From Planctomycetota bacterium (GTDB taxonomy: Bacteria > Planctomycetota > Planctomycetia > Pirellulales > Pirellulaceae): a DNA stretch of 64,000 nt. The notes beneath the pieces were generated by a model. The model was not told the origin of the DNA. It searched no databases and was given only the letters and a program-made list of their open reading frames with translations. This document shows positions 18,936 to 28,330 of this stretch, in pieces. Location of the stretch: assembly GCA_031405895.1 (NCBI GenBank), contig JANOFL010000142.1, positions 202 through 64,201 on the forward strand, in the 5' to 3' direction. How positions within the stretch are numbered: the stretch's first letter is position 1; every line of letters begins with the position of its first letter. Made by a program: the position numbers and the translations under genes.

Positions 18936-19321
18936 TTTAGCCGTTCGAGGCGGCCTTTGCGTTTCACGATGTTCTTGTAGTCCCACTGGATCTCACGGCA
19001 CTTGCCGAGCCAGCGGCGGAGGTTGCGGACTTTCACCTGGTCGACGGCCGTGAAGCGGGCTTCGGCGGCCTTGATGGAGCCTTCGTTCGCCAGCCCCGGC
19101 TCGTCAAACGACTGGCCACTCCAGAACAGCAGCCGGATACAGTTTTTCAGTTTGCTGTAACCGACGACGGGGTTGCCGTCGAGAAACCAGACCGGATGCG
19201 CGTGCCAGATCCGGTTTTCAGCCTCCGGCAGTTTCCGGTCGATCTCCGCGGCCAGCAGATCGCAAATCGCCTGGTCGGCGGTTGAAAGGGCACTGTTGTA
19301 TTTCGCCGTATCTGGTTGCAT
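18932..19321 (-). CDS. DUF1801 (YdhG-like) domain protein
   Basis: Track ORF 18932..19411. Start moved to ATG 19321 (MQPDTAKYNS...), with GGAGA 7 nt upstream. The sequence pattern ...IWHAHPVWFLDGNPVVGYSKLKNCIRLLFWSG... is typical of this family. Confidence 0.7.
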   Translation of the reverse strand: MQPDTAKYNSALSTADQAICDLLAAEIDRKLPEAENRIWHAHPVWFLDGNPVVGYSKLKNCIRLLFWSGQSFDEPGLANEGSIKAAEARFTAVDQVKVRNLRRWLGKCREIQWDYKNIVKRKGRLERLK

Positions 19322-19434
19322 GGGGAATCTCCAGGAATTGCCTGACAGTTTGTGGGGACCTGAGTGTCCGCGCGGTTTCCCATTGCCCCTTTCAGCGATG
19401 TCCAGCTTCATTCAGGACTGGGTGCCGCGAATGA

Positions 19435-19848
19435 TCACCTGGTTCGCTTCCGGTTCTTGCGGGAACGGTCGCCGGTCTTGCCATCGTTGTCAGGGCAAGC
19501 CTTTGGGCCGTCGAGCCGGCGTTTGGCGTTGGCGGCGAGTTCCTGCGCCATCGCGTGGGCCAGGTTCATGGCCGGACGGACCAGAGCGACGCGCGCGGGC
19601 TTGAGCCGGACATGGGTGCAGCCGGACTTGCCCCACTGACCGCGGGCCGGAAAGAAAATGTCGGGTTCCGAAGTGAGGAAAACCCTCTGCTGTTCGGGTT
19701 CCAGACGCACCATCCCGCAGGTTTCGTCAGGTGCCCCGAGCGTCGCGAAAATTCTGCCCGCAACGCGGAAGTCGGGATGCCCCATATGGGAAGCTTCGAT
19801 CACGCCTTCCAGCGCGAGAGCCATTTTGCGGAACGCGGCGGGGGTCAT
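19435..19848 (-). CDS. MmcQ/YjbR-family protein
   Basis: MTPAAFRKMALALEGVIEASHMGHPDFRVAGRIFATLG... matches the family's conserved N-terminal pattern. Confidence 0.7.
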   Translation of the reverse strand: MTPAAFRKMALALEGVIEASHMGHPDFRVAGRIFATLGAPDETCGMVRLEPEQQRVFLTSEPDIFFPARGQWGKSGCTHVRLKPARVALVRPAMNLAHAMAQELAANAKRRLDGPKACPDNDGKTGDRSRKNRKRTR

Positions 19849-20286
19849 GGCTGGTGTTTGTGAAAAGCGGGCTGGTTCGTCTGCATGCCATCCTACCTAC
19901 CAGGTCCGCTACTCGGTCCGGGGCTCCGCCCTGGACCGCAATGACCAGAGGCTCAGCCTCAAGTGCATGGGATCGCGCGGAATGCGGACTCGCAGGAAGG
20001 AGGTCGGAAGGCAGCGCCTTTGGTCAGTGCGTTCCACGGCAGGAGCCGTGGAACGAGTCAAACGAGAAAAGCGAGAAACTGTGTCTGTACGAAGCGTGCG
20101 CATTTCGTCGCAGCTGCGGTTGACGCGGGCCGGTTCCACGCGGTGGAAATCGACTGACCGTTGTGCAATACTCAAACGGCCCGGAGAGGGGTGCCGCAGT
20201 CCCGGTGGGCGGCCGGATGCAATGTCGATCAACGAACCACACGCCGGCCCATTCAAGGCCGCAAGCAATCGAGGGGAAAGCGTTTC

Positions 20287-22575
20287 ATGCCTGGTTTGAA
20301 TGCAGTTCACGGAATGGTCAAGCGAACCCATACAGCGATTGCGACCGGCAGTGGCTCCAGCCCGCAGTACGCAGGGAAAGGACGCGCGTGGCGTTGGTCC
20401 CCGAGCCTGCTCGTCGTTCTGTTCTCGGCCTTTACCACCCTGTCATCGGCCGACGAACCGCTCGACTGGCATCGCTGGCGCGGGCCGGAAATGAATGGCA
20501 TGTCGCGGGAGAAGAATCTGCCCGAAACGTGGTCGCCGAAAGGCGAAAACCTGCTTTGGCGGAAGGCCGAATACGGCACCCGTTGCTCGCCGATCGTGAT
20601 GAACGACCGGGTTTACTTCATCTGCCGCGACAAACCGGAAACAACGCAGGAAGGCGAAAAAACCGTCTGCCTCGACGCAAAAACCGGCGAACTGCTTTGG
20701 GAAAGCGTTCATAACATGTTCCTCACCGACGCGCCGGCCGAGCGGGTGGGCTGGGCGAGCTGCGTGGGCGACCCGGAGACGGGCAACATCTACGCACTCG
20801 GCCTGGGCTGTCTCTTCCAGTGCCTCAACGGCGAGACCGGCGAAGTCATCTGGCAGCGGCCGATGAGCGAAGAGTACGGCTTGCTGAGTACCTACGGCGG
20901 GCGGACCAACGTTCCCGAAATTTTCGAGAACCTCGTCATCATCAGCGGTGTGATGACGCAATGGGGCGAGAACGCGGTCCCGGCCCATCGGCTGGTCGCC
21001 TTCAACAAACTGACCGGCGAGCCGGTCTGGCTGATGAGCACCCGCATCCGGCCGGAAGACACGACTTACAGCACGCCGGTTTTCACGACGTTCAACGGCC
21101 AGGCGGCACTCGTGGTCGGATCGGCCGACGGCGCGACCTACGCGATCCAGCCGCGGACCGGCAAAGTGATCTGGAAGTACGACGTCTCGCCGCGCGGCTT
21201 CAACACAACTCCACTCGTCGTCGACAACACAGTCTACTGTGCCCACGCCGAGAAAAACCGCTCGGACATGAACGTGCTCGGCGCGGCCTTTGCCATCGAC
21301 GGCCGGATGACGGGCGAGATCAAGGAAGACCAGATCCTCTGGAAGAATCTTTCCCGCGCGGTCAGCCGCAGCTCGCCCCTGATGGTCGATGGTCGGCTCT
21401 ATTTGGTCGAGGACGGCGGCTCGCTGCTTTGTATCGACCCGAAAACGGGTGCAGTGCTCTTCGAAAAGAAGGTCGGCCGGATCATGTTCGGCTCGCTCGT
21501 CTACGGCGACGGCAAAATCTATTGTGCCGAGGCGACCGGAAACTTCTGGATTTTCAAACCCACGGCGGATGGCCTTGAAGAACTCTGCCGGGTCCGGCTG
21601 AACAACGAAGAGATTCTTTCCTCACCCGCGATCTGCAACGGCCGGATCTACCTGACAACCCTCGAAGCGATCTACTGCATCGGCAACGAGTCGGCCAAGG
21701 TCGAAGCCGAACCGGTCCCGCCACCGGCCCCTGAAACTCCGGTCGATGCCAACGATGCGGTGGCCCACATCCAGGTCGTGCCGGTGGAGGCTCTGCTCAG
21801 TCCGGGTGAAGCGGTCCAGTACCGGGTCGAGACCTTCAATGCCAACGGCCAGTCGCTGGGCACGCGCGCGGCCGAGTTTTCACTGGAAGGCGACGGTGCT
21901 CTGGCAGCTGGCAAGTTCACGGCTCCGGCCGACGGCGTGCATCGCGTGATCAAGATCACCGCCAAAGTGGGAGAGCTGACCAGCGTGGCCCGGGCCCGGA
22001 TCATTCCGCCCTTGCCGTGGAGTTTTGATTTCAACGATGGCCAGGTTCCATCGAGCTGGATCGGGACGGCTTACCGGCACCAGCCCAAGGAGTTTGATGG
22101 CGAAAAGTGCCTGGTAAAGATCAGCACGATTCCGAAGGGGACCCGCAGCCAGAGCTGGATGGGGCACACGACCCATCACGACTACACGATTCAGGGCGAT
22201 TTCCACGCCACGGGCGACCCCGACCGCCGGCCCGACATGGGGCTGATCAACCAGCGCTACACGCTCGACCTGATGGGCAAGAACCTGCTGCAGATCCGCT
22301 CGTGGACGTCGCGGCGGGAACTGCGTTTTGCCAAGACCATCGACTTTCCGTGGCAGGCCGGCCAGTGGTACACGCTCAAGTTCCAGAGCGAAACCGGCGA
22401 CGGTGGCGTCACGCTCCGCGGCAAGGTCTGGAAACGGGGCGAAGCCGAACCGGCCGCCTGGATGATCGAGGCCACCGACGCGACCCCCAACCTGAACGGC
22501 AGCCCCGGCCTGTTCGGAAATTCCAGCCTCGCCGAATACTACATCGACAACATCAAGGTTTTTTCCAACCAGTAG
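20287..22575 (+). CDS. Secreted PQQ-like beta-propeller repeat protein with C-terminal extension
   Basis: Track ORF 20161..22575. The likely start is ATG 20287 or 20314, ahead of the hydrophobic LLVVLFSAFTTLSSA. It has the opening W.RWRGP..NG and repeated G..(L/I)W propeller blades. Confidence 0.8.
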   Translation: MPGLNAVHGMVKRTHTAIATGSGSSPQYAGKGRAWRWSPSLLVVLFSAFTTLSSADEPLDWHRWRGPEMNGMSREKNLPETWSPKGENLLWRKAEYGTRCSPIVMNDRVYFICRDKPETTQEGEKTVCLDAKTGELLWESVHNMFLTDAPAERVGWASCVGDPETGNIYALGLGCLFQCLNGETGEVIWQRPMSEEYGLLSTYGGRTNVPEIFENLVIISGVMTQWGENAVPAHRLVAFNKLTGEPVWLMSTRIRPEDTTYSTPVFTTFNGQAALVVGSADGATYAIQPRTGKVIWKYDVSPRGFNTTPLVVDNTVYCAHAEKNRSDMNVLGAAFAIDGRMTGEIKEDQILWKNLSRAVSRSSPLMVDGRLYLVEDGGSLLCIDPKTGAVLFEKKVGRIMFGSLVYGDGKIYCAEATGNFWIFKPTADGLEELCRVRLNNEEILSSPAICNGRIYLTTLEAIYCIGNESAKVEAEPVPPPAPETPVDANDAVAHIQVVPVEALLSPGEAVQYRVETFNANGQSLGTRAAEFSLEGDGALAAGKFTAPADGVHRVIKITAKVGELTSVARARIIPPLPWSFDFNDGQVPSSWIGTAYRHQPKEFDGEKCLVKISTIPKGTRSQSWMGHTTHHDYTIQGDFHATGDPDRRPDMGLINQRYTLDLMGKNLLQIRSWTSRRELRFAKTIDFPWQAGQWYTLKFQSETGDGGVTLRGKVWKRGEAEPAAWMIEATDATPNLNGSPGLFGNSSLAEYYIDNIKVFSNQ

Positions 22576-22623
22576 GGTGCGTGAAACGCACCAAGTCCAT
22601 TTGTAGGGTGCGTGCAACGCACC
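22572..22623. repeat. Two tandem family C hairpins
   Basis: gtagggtgcgtgaaacgcacc and gtagggtgcgtgcaacgcacc, separated by 10 nt, lie between the two propeller genes and overlap the stop of the first. Confidence 0.8.
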
Positions 22624-22674
22624 AGTTTCCGCCCAATCCCACCGCCCGCAATCTCCCGCCGGAGTTTTCAGTCC

Positions 22675-24372
22675 ATGTCGTTTCGCTTTTTGACAACTGT
22701 TGTTCTTGTCGTCACGGTTGCAGCCGGATCACTCACAGCCCAGCAGCCTTCCGACCAGGCCGCGCTCGCCCGGGAGGCGATTGCCGATCTCAAGGTCGGC
22801 CCGGCCGATTGCCCCCAGTGGCAGGTCTCCCCGCTGCGGAACAACGTCGTCCAGTCGGAGAAGATCCCGACCACTTGGGACATCGAAAGCGGCGAGAACA
22901 TCGTCTGGTCGATGCCGCTGGGCTCGGAAACCTATGGCAACCCGATCGTCGCGAACGGGAAGGTCTACGTCGGGACCAATAACGGGTCGGGCTACATCAA
23001 GCGTTACCCCAGCACCACCGACCTTGGCGTGCTGCTCTGTTTTGACGAGGCCACGGGAAAATTTCTCTGGCAGCATTCAAGCGAAAAGCTGCCGACCGGC
23101 CGCGTGCACGACTGGCCCGACCAGGGGATCTGCTCGGCCCCGCTGATCGACGGCGACCGGCTCTGGTTCGTCAGTAGCCGCGGCGAAGTCCTTTGCCTCG
23201 ACACCGAAGGCTTCCTCGACGGCGAAAACGATGGCCCCTTCACGACCGAGGCCGAGCTGGTTGCCAAGGACGCCGAAGTCGTCCAGGAGCAGGAAGCCGA
23301 TGTCGTCTGGAAGCTGAACATGATGAAGGAACTCAATGTCTCCCAGCACAACATGTGCAGCTGTTCGATGACCAGCGCCGGCGACCTGCTCTTCGTCAAC
23401 ACCTCCAACGGCGTCGATGAAGGCCACGTCAACCTGCCCGCCGAAGACGCCCCCAGCTTCCTCTGTCTGAAGCGAAGCACGGGTGAAGTCCTCTGGACCG
23501 ACAACACGCCCGGGGCCAATGTCCTCCACGGCCAATGGTCATCGCCCGCGTACGCGGTCCTCGATGGCGTGGCCCAGGTGATTTTCGGCTCGGGCGATGG
23601 CTGGGTCTATTCGTTCGAGGCGGCCGGCGAAAACGGCCAGCCGAAAATGCTCTGGAAGTTCGACTGCAACCCGAAGAAGTCCCGCTACAAGCTGGGTGGC
23701 TCGGCGACCCGCAACCACGTGATCGGGACGCCGGTGATCTACGAGGGTCTGGTTTACGTCGGAGTCGGTGAAGACCCCGTGCACGGCGAAGGCGAAGGCC
23801 ATCTCTGGTGCATCGACCCGAAGGGCCGGGGCGACATCAGCCCGACGCTGGTCTTCAATGGCGCCGACCTCGACACGCCGATTGCCCACAAGCGGCTGCA
23901 GGCCTGCGTCGAGGAAGAGGGCGACATCGAACGGCCGAACGACAACATGCACGCCGTCTGGCACTACGAGGGCAACAACATCGAGGAATTCGAGTCGACG
24001 ATGCACCGCAGCTGCGGCTCGGTCGCCATCAAGAACGACCTGCTCTACATCGCCGACTTCAGCGGCCTGTTCCACTGCCTCGATGCGAAGACCGGCGTCG
24101 CCCACTGGACCCACGACATGCTGGCCGCCTCCTGGGCCTCGCCGCTGATTGTCAACGACCGGGTCTACATCAGCAACGAGGACGGCGCGGTCTATTGCTT
24201 CGAGCTGTCGAAGGAGAAGAAGATGCTCGCCGAAAACTTCGTCGATACGGCGGTCTACACGACTCCGATTGTGGCCAACGAAAAACTCTTCATCGCCAAC
24301 CGCAACCGCCTCTTCTGCATCCAGGAAGGGGCCCAGTCAGGCGATGCCGAAACAGCCGGGGCGGGCGAGTAA
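22675..24372 (+). CDS. Secreted PQQ-like beta-propeller repeat protein (paralog of the upstream gene)
   Basis: Track ORF 22612..24372. Start moved to ATG 22675 (MSFRFLTTVVLVVTVAAGSLTAQQ, signal peptide), with GGAG 11 nt upstream. It shows the same blade pattern (GKVYVGTNNG, DRLWFVSSRGEVLCLD, LLYIADFSGLFHCLDAKTG, DRVYISNEDGAVYCF). Confidence 0.85.
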   Translation: MSFRFLTTVVLVVTVAAGSLTAQQPSDQAALAREAIADLKVGPADCPQWQVSPLRNNVVQSEKIPTTWDIESGENIVWSMPLGSETYGNPIVANGKVYVGTNNGSGYIKRYPSTTDLGVLLCFDEATGKFLWQHSSEKLPTGRVHDWPDQGICSAPLIDGDRLWFVSSRGEVLCLDTEGFLDGENDGPFTTEAELVAKDAEVVQEQEADVVWKLNMMKELNVSQHNMCSCSMTSAGDLLFVNTSNGVDEGHVNLPAEDAPSFLCLKRSTGEVLWTDNTPGANVLHGQWSSPAYAVLDGVAQVIFGSGDGWVYSFEAAGENGQPKMLWKFDCNPKKSRYKLGGSATRNHVIGTPVIYEGLVYVGVGEDPVHGEGEGHLWCIDPKGRGDISPTLVFNGADLDTPIAHKRLQACVEEEGDIERPNDNMHAVWHYEGNNIEEFESTMHRSCGSVAIKNDLLYIADFSGLFHCLDAKTGVAHWTHDMLAASWASPLIVNDRVYISNEDGAVYCFELSKEKKMLAENFVDTAVYTTPIVANEKLFIANRNRLFCIQEGAQSGDAETAGAGE

Positions 24373-24377
24373 TCGGC

Positions 24378-24650
24378 TGCGGGAGCAAGCAAGTTCTATT
24401 CCGGCTCCCTCGCACGCCTCTGCTCTGAGCGGTGCGGGGAGCAAGCAAGTTCTATTCCGGCTCCCTCCCACGCCGCTGCTCTGAGCGGTGCGGGGAGCAA
24501 GCAAGTTCTATTCCGGCTCCCTCCCACGCCGCTGCTCTGAGCGGTGCGGGGAGCGGTGTGGGGAGCCCCCAAGTTCTATTCCGGCTCCCTCCCACGCCGC
24601 TGCTCTGAGCGGTGCGGGGAGGGCGGGGGGAGGGGGTGTCCGCGCAACTC
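24378..24650. repeat. Tandem array of REP element family B (4 units, period 56, 56 and 68 bp, plus a terminal partial unit)
   Basis: ggtgcggggagcaagcaagttctattccggctccctcccacgccgctgctctgagc recurs, with starts at 24431, 24487, 24543 and 24611. Units abut with no unique spacers. The reverse complement matches the single copies at 53521-53580, 53681-53740 and 58141-58200. Confidence 0.85.
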
Positions 24651-24796
24651 GCAAATTCTGTGTATCGTGCCCTCCCGTCTTTCATCCAACTCATTACCTC
24701 TCGCCCGAAACTCGATTCGCCTGGAGAATGCAGGGGCTGAAAAAGTCCCGAACGCAATAGCCAGCACGGCCATCCACACTCTTCCGGAGAGACCCC

Positions 24797-25171
24797 ATGC
24801 CAGTCCTTGCATCCGAAACGGCCAGCGCGACCGCGGGCCGGGAAGGCAAAGCCTCCAGCCCGGACGGCAAGATCAACCTGAACCTTTCCCCGCCCGGGTC
24901 GAACGGCCCCGGCACCAACCCGGAGCAGTTGTTCGCGGCCGGGTACCCGGCCTGCTTCGGAGGTGCAATCGGCGCAGCGGCGAGCCTCGCGAAAACCCCC
25001 CTGAAGTCCAGTGATATCAAGGTGACTGCGACCGTGAACCTCGACAAGGACGACAGCGGCTACTTCCTCGATGTGACGCTCAACGCCGGGTTGAACGGAG
25101 TTAACCAGTTACCAAGGGCGAATGTCAGGCTGCAATCGTGCAGCCTGCAGGAAACAGGCGCATCAAACTAA
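24797..25171 (+). CDS. ohr: Ohr/OsmC-family peroxiredoxin-like protein with an aberrant C-terminus (possible pseudogene)
   Basis: GTNPEQLFAAGYPACFGGAIG matches the Ohr first-Cys region. The expected distal AH.VCPYS...RGNI.V motif is missing and the last ~20 residues look out of frame. Confidence 0.55.
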   Translation: MPVLASETASATAGREGKASSPDGKINLNLSPPGSNGPGTNPEQLFAAGYPACFGGAIGAAASLAKTPLKSSDIKVTATVNLDKDDSGYFLDVTLNAGLNGVNQLPRANVRLQSCSLQETGASN

Positions 25172-25199
25172 AAACACGTTCAGCAACTGACGCTTTCAA

Positions 25200-25994
25200 A
25201 TGACATTTCCAATCGCAATAACAGCCGCCGTGATTGTACTGGTCCTGTTGACCGGAATCCGCATTGCCCAGGAGTACCAACGCGGCGTTGTGTTTCGCCT
25301 TGGTCGCTACCAGGGCCTTCGGGGGCCGGGCCTGTACTGGATCATTCCCCTTGGCGTTGAGCGTTCCGTGACCATCGACACGCGCACGCGTACAGTCTCG
25401 GCCGAACAGCAGGAGACCATCACGCGCGACAGTGTGACGGTAAAAGTCAACGCCGTTCTCTGGTATCACATTATCGATCCAGCGAAATATGTCATCGCGG
25501 TGACCGACGCTTCGGCAGCAGTCTACCAGCTCACACTGACAAGCCTGCGCAACATCATCGGCCAACATGACCTCGACGAGGTCTTGCAGGAACGGAACAA
25601 GATCAATGGACTGCTGCGTGACAATATCGCGGGCGTAACTGTCCAGTGGGGTATCGAGGTTGAACGGTGTGAAATGAAAGATGTAGAACTGCCTGAGGCG
25701 ATGCAGGAAGTAATGGCGATGCAGGCGCAGGCCATCCGGGAGAAGCGGGCACGCATTATCAAGGCTGAGGCGGAACTCGAAGCATCAAGCAAACTCGGCG
25801 AAGCCGCCCAGCAGATGGCCAACAATCCTGTCGCGGTGGAGCTGCGGCGAATGCAAATGGTCACGGAGGTCGGAGCCGAGAACAACAGCACCACGATACT
25901 GCTGGTTCCGTCAGATTTTGTCACCTTGGCGAAGAGTCTCACGCAGTATTTGAACGAGCACACTCCAGGCATAAAGGGGTCCGCCAGGAATTGA
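25200..25994 (+). CDS. SPFH/Band 7 (stomatin/prohibitin-like) membrane protein
   Basis: N-terminal TM segment, then EYQRGVVFRLGRYQGLRGPGLYWIIP, then a coiled-coil region AIREKRARIIKAEAELEAS. Confidence 0.9.
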   Translation: MTFPIAITAAVIVLVLLTGIRIAQEYQRGVVFRLGRYQGLRGPGLYWIIPLGVERSVTIDTRTRTVSAEQQETITRDSVTVKVNAVLWYHIIDPAKYVIAVTDASAAVYQLTLTSLRNIIGQHDLDEVLQERNKINGLLRDNIAGVTVQWGIEVERCEMKDVELPEAMQEVMAMQAQAIREKRARIIKAEAELEASSKLGEAAQQMANNPVAVELRRMQMVTEVGAENNSTTILLVPSDFVTLAKSLTQYLNEHTPGIKGSARN

Positions 25995-26527
25995 TGCGCC
26001 GGATGGAATCGCAAATGCCGAACAAGGCGGCGACCGGAGCGGCGGTTGGTCGGTTCTTCAAATTCCAGGATTTCTGGTTGCCGCCCGGTTACCTTAAGGG
26101 TTCGGCGGCGGAGGGCGGAGGGTTCGGTGTGACGTTACCCGAGCAACGGGTGATTCCCGCATTGCGGATTACTGACTACGAGCGGAGCAAGGCGTATTAC
26201 GTCGGCGTGCTCGGTTTCGTGGTCGAGTGGGAGCACCGCTTCGAGCTGCATTTCCCGGTGTTTATGTCCGTCGTCCGGGACGGCATGCAGCTCTACTTGT
26301 CGCAACACAGCGGCGATTGCCAAGTGGGCGGCCTGGTCCACTTCGTGATTCCAGACGTGGATGCCTGGCACACGGAGTTCCGGGAACGCGGAGCTGCGGT
26401 CGCCGAGGCCCCGAATGACGATCTGGGGTTCCGCAACATGACGGTGGTGGATCCGGACGGGAATCAGTTGCGGTTCATGGCCCCTGCAAGCCCAGACGCC
26501 GAACCAGGCGCTGCAACATCGAAGTGA
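25994..26527 (+). CDS. VOC-superfamily protein (glyoxalase/bleomycin-resistance-like)
   Basis: IPALRITDYERSKAYYVGVLGFVVEWEH...MQLYLSQHSGD...FRNMTVVDPDGNQLRF. The start is uncertain: ATG 25994 overlaps the upstream stop, and later ATGs are possible. Confidence 0.7.
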   Translation: MRRMESQMPNKAATGAAVGRFFKFQDFWLPPGYLKGSAAEGGGFGVTLPEQRVIPALRITDYERSKAYYVGVLGFVVEWEHRFELHFPVFMSVVRDGMQLYLSQHSGDCQVGGLVHFVIPDVDAWHTEFRERGAAVAEAPNDDLGFRNMTVVDPDGNQLRFMAPASPDAEPGAATSK

Positions 26528-26685
26528 AACTTCAGGCGAACGGCAGTCCGGTGCCGACAGCCGCAGCGGCAATCGAGGGCGACAGGTCCGGCGGGCTTGC
26601 TCTCAGGCGGCGATGGGCCTGTTCCGCCCTTGGCGGATATGCCCTTCCGCCATTGAGGGGGCAACGGCTTCGGTTCAGCGTATGG

Positions 26686-28023
26686 CTAACCATGCGACTT
26701 CTTTGAACCAACGATAATGCAACGACGCCTCGCACGTTCAATCAGATCATCGTACGTAATGATCTCCGCGTCTACCACTGATCGTCTAGCACGCAACAGT
26801 TCGTCGTATTCGTGTCCGCAAGGCGTACGTCCGATGACGACTGCGATCTTCGGCTGCCACGCGCGAAGTCCGTATCGACTGTAAAACTCATTGCGTCGTC
26901 GTGAACTACCAAAGTAATCACGATACTCGCGCAACTGATAGACCGCGCTATTCACCGCGGCAGAAAAGCCTCGCCGATTCTTCGTCCCTATGATCAATTG
27001 CTCATTGGGCTTTTTGAGATCAATTATGTCAACGTAGTTGCGATGTCCAAGTTCCGCGAAGAAGTCGGGTACTAACGGCCCCTCGTCTGCACGGGCGAGC
27101 ACCAGCTCGCTGTGCAATGCGTAATACTGATCGCCCTGCAACAGGTGCGGTTGCCGCAACAAGTATTGGTGGATGTCTCGTTCGGAGACACTTGGCCAGT
27201 TTATCAACTCTTCAAATTCTTCGACTGCACGCTGGTCGACAAAAGGAGCGGCGGCGGAAACCTGAACAACCAAGTCTTGTGGTGCGACATTCCGCTCCTC
27301 GTATTTCAATCCGTCAAGCAATGCAAACGTTTTTAGCCGTAAACGCCCGCCGGGGCCAAAGCTTAGTAGAAACTGCTGCGTTTCTGCAAACGGTTCAAGT
27401 GTTTTGAACCGTGCGAGTTCGGTACGAAGGCGATCCTGAGAAACACGCGCCTTCCGGAATATCTCGGAAGTGAAGGGAAGCTCTGCGATCGCCGGGATGA
27501 AGTCTATAGTCTCTATTCTGTTACGATGGTCCGCCGTAGCCGCTGCCAAGGCACTTAAAAAGATCTCTGGCGTTGATGCATCGAGAATGCGCCCGGCGGT
27601 CGCATAGTCGGGTTCTCCTTCGACACCGACATACTCGAGTTCGGGTGTCTCCTCGTCGCGGCTAATGTAGTCGATGTCGCCGTCACCGAAGTCATAGTCG
27701 CGGAAGAGTCGATCGGTCTCTTTGAAGCCCTTTAATCTCAACTCTTCTCGGACAAAGTCTTCGTCCTTGGACGAGGCTTGCCAGATGGCTAGATCGTCTG
27801 TCTCGGTGAAATCGAGATGGAAGCGGTCCGTGATGTGAGCTAGGACGGAATTTGTTCTTCGCAAACCGAGGGAAACGAATGTCTCGTCGCAGTATTTTAT
27901 TGAACCTGAGAGCCCAATCGCTGTTGCAAGTGATCGACGTGCCTTGTCAGTAAGCGCGAAGCCGTGGCGCGTGAAGTAGTTTGAAGTGATTGCTAACAGG
28001 TCCACCAAAGATCTCCGACTCAT
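26686..28023 (-). CDS. sduA: Shedu anti-phage defence protein (SduA, DUF4263 PD-(D/E)xK nuclease domain)
   Basis: The C-terminal half follows the DUF4263 pattern: ERDIHQYLLRQPHLL, LVPDFFAEL, NYVDIIDLKKPNEQLI (D...D-x-K), SAVYQLREYRDYF, PKIAVVIGR, AEIITYDDLIERA. The gene is markedly AT-richer than its surroundings. Confidence 0.85.
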   Translation of the reverse strand: MSRRSLVDLLAITSNYFTRHGFALTDKARRSLATAIGLSGSIKYCDETFVSLGLRRTNSVLAHITDRFHLDFTETDDLAIWQASSKDEDFVREELRLKGFKETDRLFRDYDFGDGDIDYISRDEETPELEYVGVEGEPDYATAGRILDASTPEIFLSALAAATADHRNRIETIDFIPAIAELPFTSEIFRKARVSQDRLRTELARFKTLEPFAETQQFLLSFGPGGRLRLKTFALLDGLKYEERNVAPQDLVVQVSAAAPFVDQRAVEEFEELINWPSVSERDIHQYLLRQPHLLQGDQYYALHSELVLARADEGPLVPDFFAELGHRNYVDIIDLKKPNEQLIIGTKNRRGFSAAVNSAVYQLREYRDYFGSSRRRNEFYSRYGLRAWQPKIAVVIGRTPCGHEYDELLRARRSVVDAEIITYDDLIERARRRCIIVGSKKSHG

Positions 28024-28330
28024 CTGACAAACGCGAACACTAACCTGCCCGAGCGGTTGGTACGGAAAACTGCAGCCTTGGCAGTGGCCAATGGTGACTC
28101 GAAACCCCGCTTGCCTTGGAAACGCCCCTCGCGGCTGAACACGCGATAGGCAGACTTGATTAGGAACCGTTCAATGGTGATACCCTCGGCACTTTCGCAG
28201 AACAAGCTGGGATTGATCTGTCCTCCAATGTCTTAGTCGAACGCGCTATAGTGGCCGCTTCTGAAATCCCTTAAACTGCGACCGTCGTCGGCCTCTTGGA
28301 CGAAGACTGAAGCTGAAACCGGAGGACACC

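Noticed and set aside
20020-20145. Two small hairpins sharing GTTCCAC (gttccacggcaggagccgtggaac and ttccacgcggtggaa) upstream of the first propeller gene, considered as a tRNA or riboswitch
   Set aside because: No cloverleaf or known riboswitch consensus could be fitted by eye. Their significance is unclear, so they are not called.
24378-24650. Possible CRISPR array (regular ~56-bp periodicity with hairpin-forming units)
   Set aside because: The units abut directly with no unique spacers, and no cas genes lie nearby. The same unit occurs singly at several other loci, so this is a REP-type tandem array.
25200-26527. SPFH gene plus the overlapping downstream gene as a stomatin-NfeD type pair
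   Set aside because: The downstream protein has VOC/glyoxalase motifs, not an NfeD ClpP-like or OB-fold domain, so there is no evidence for the classical pair.
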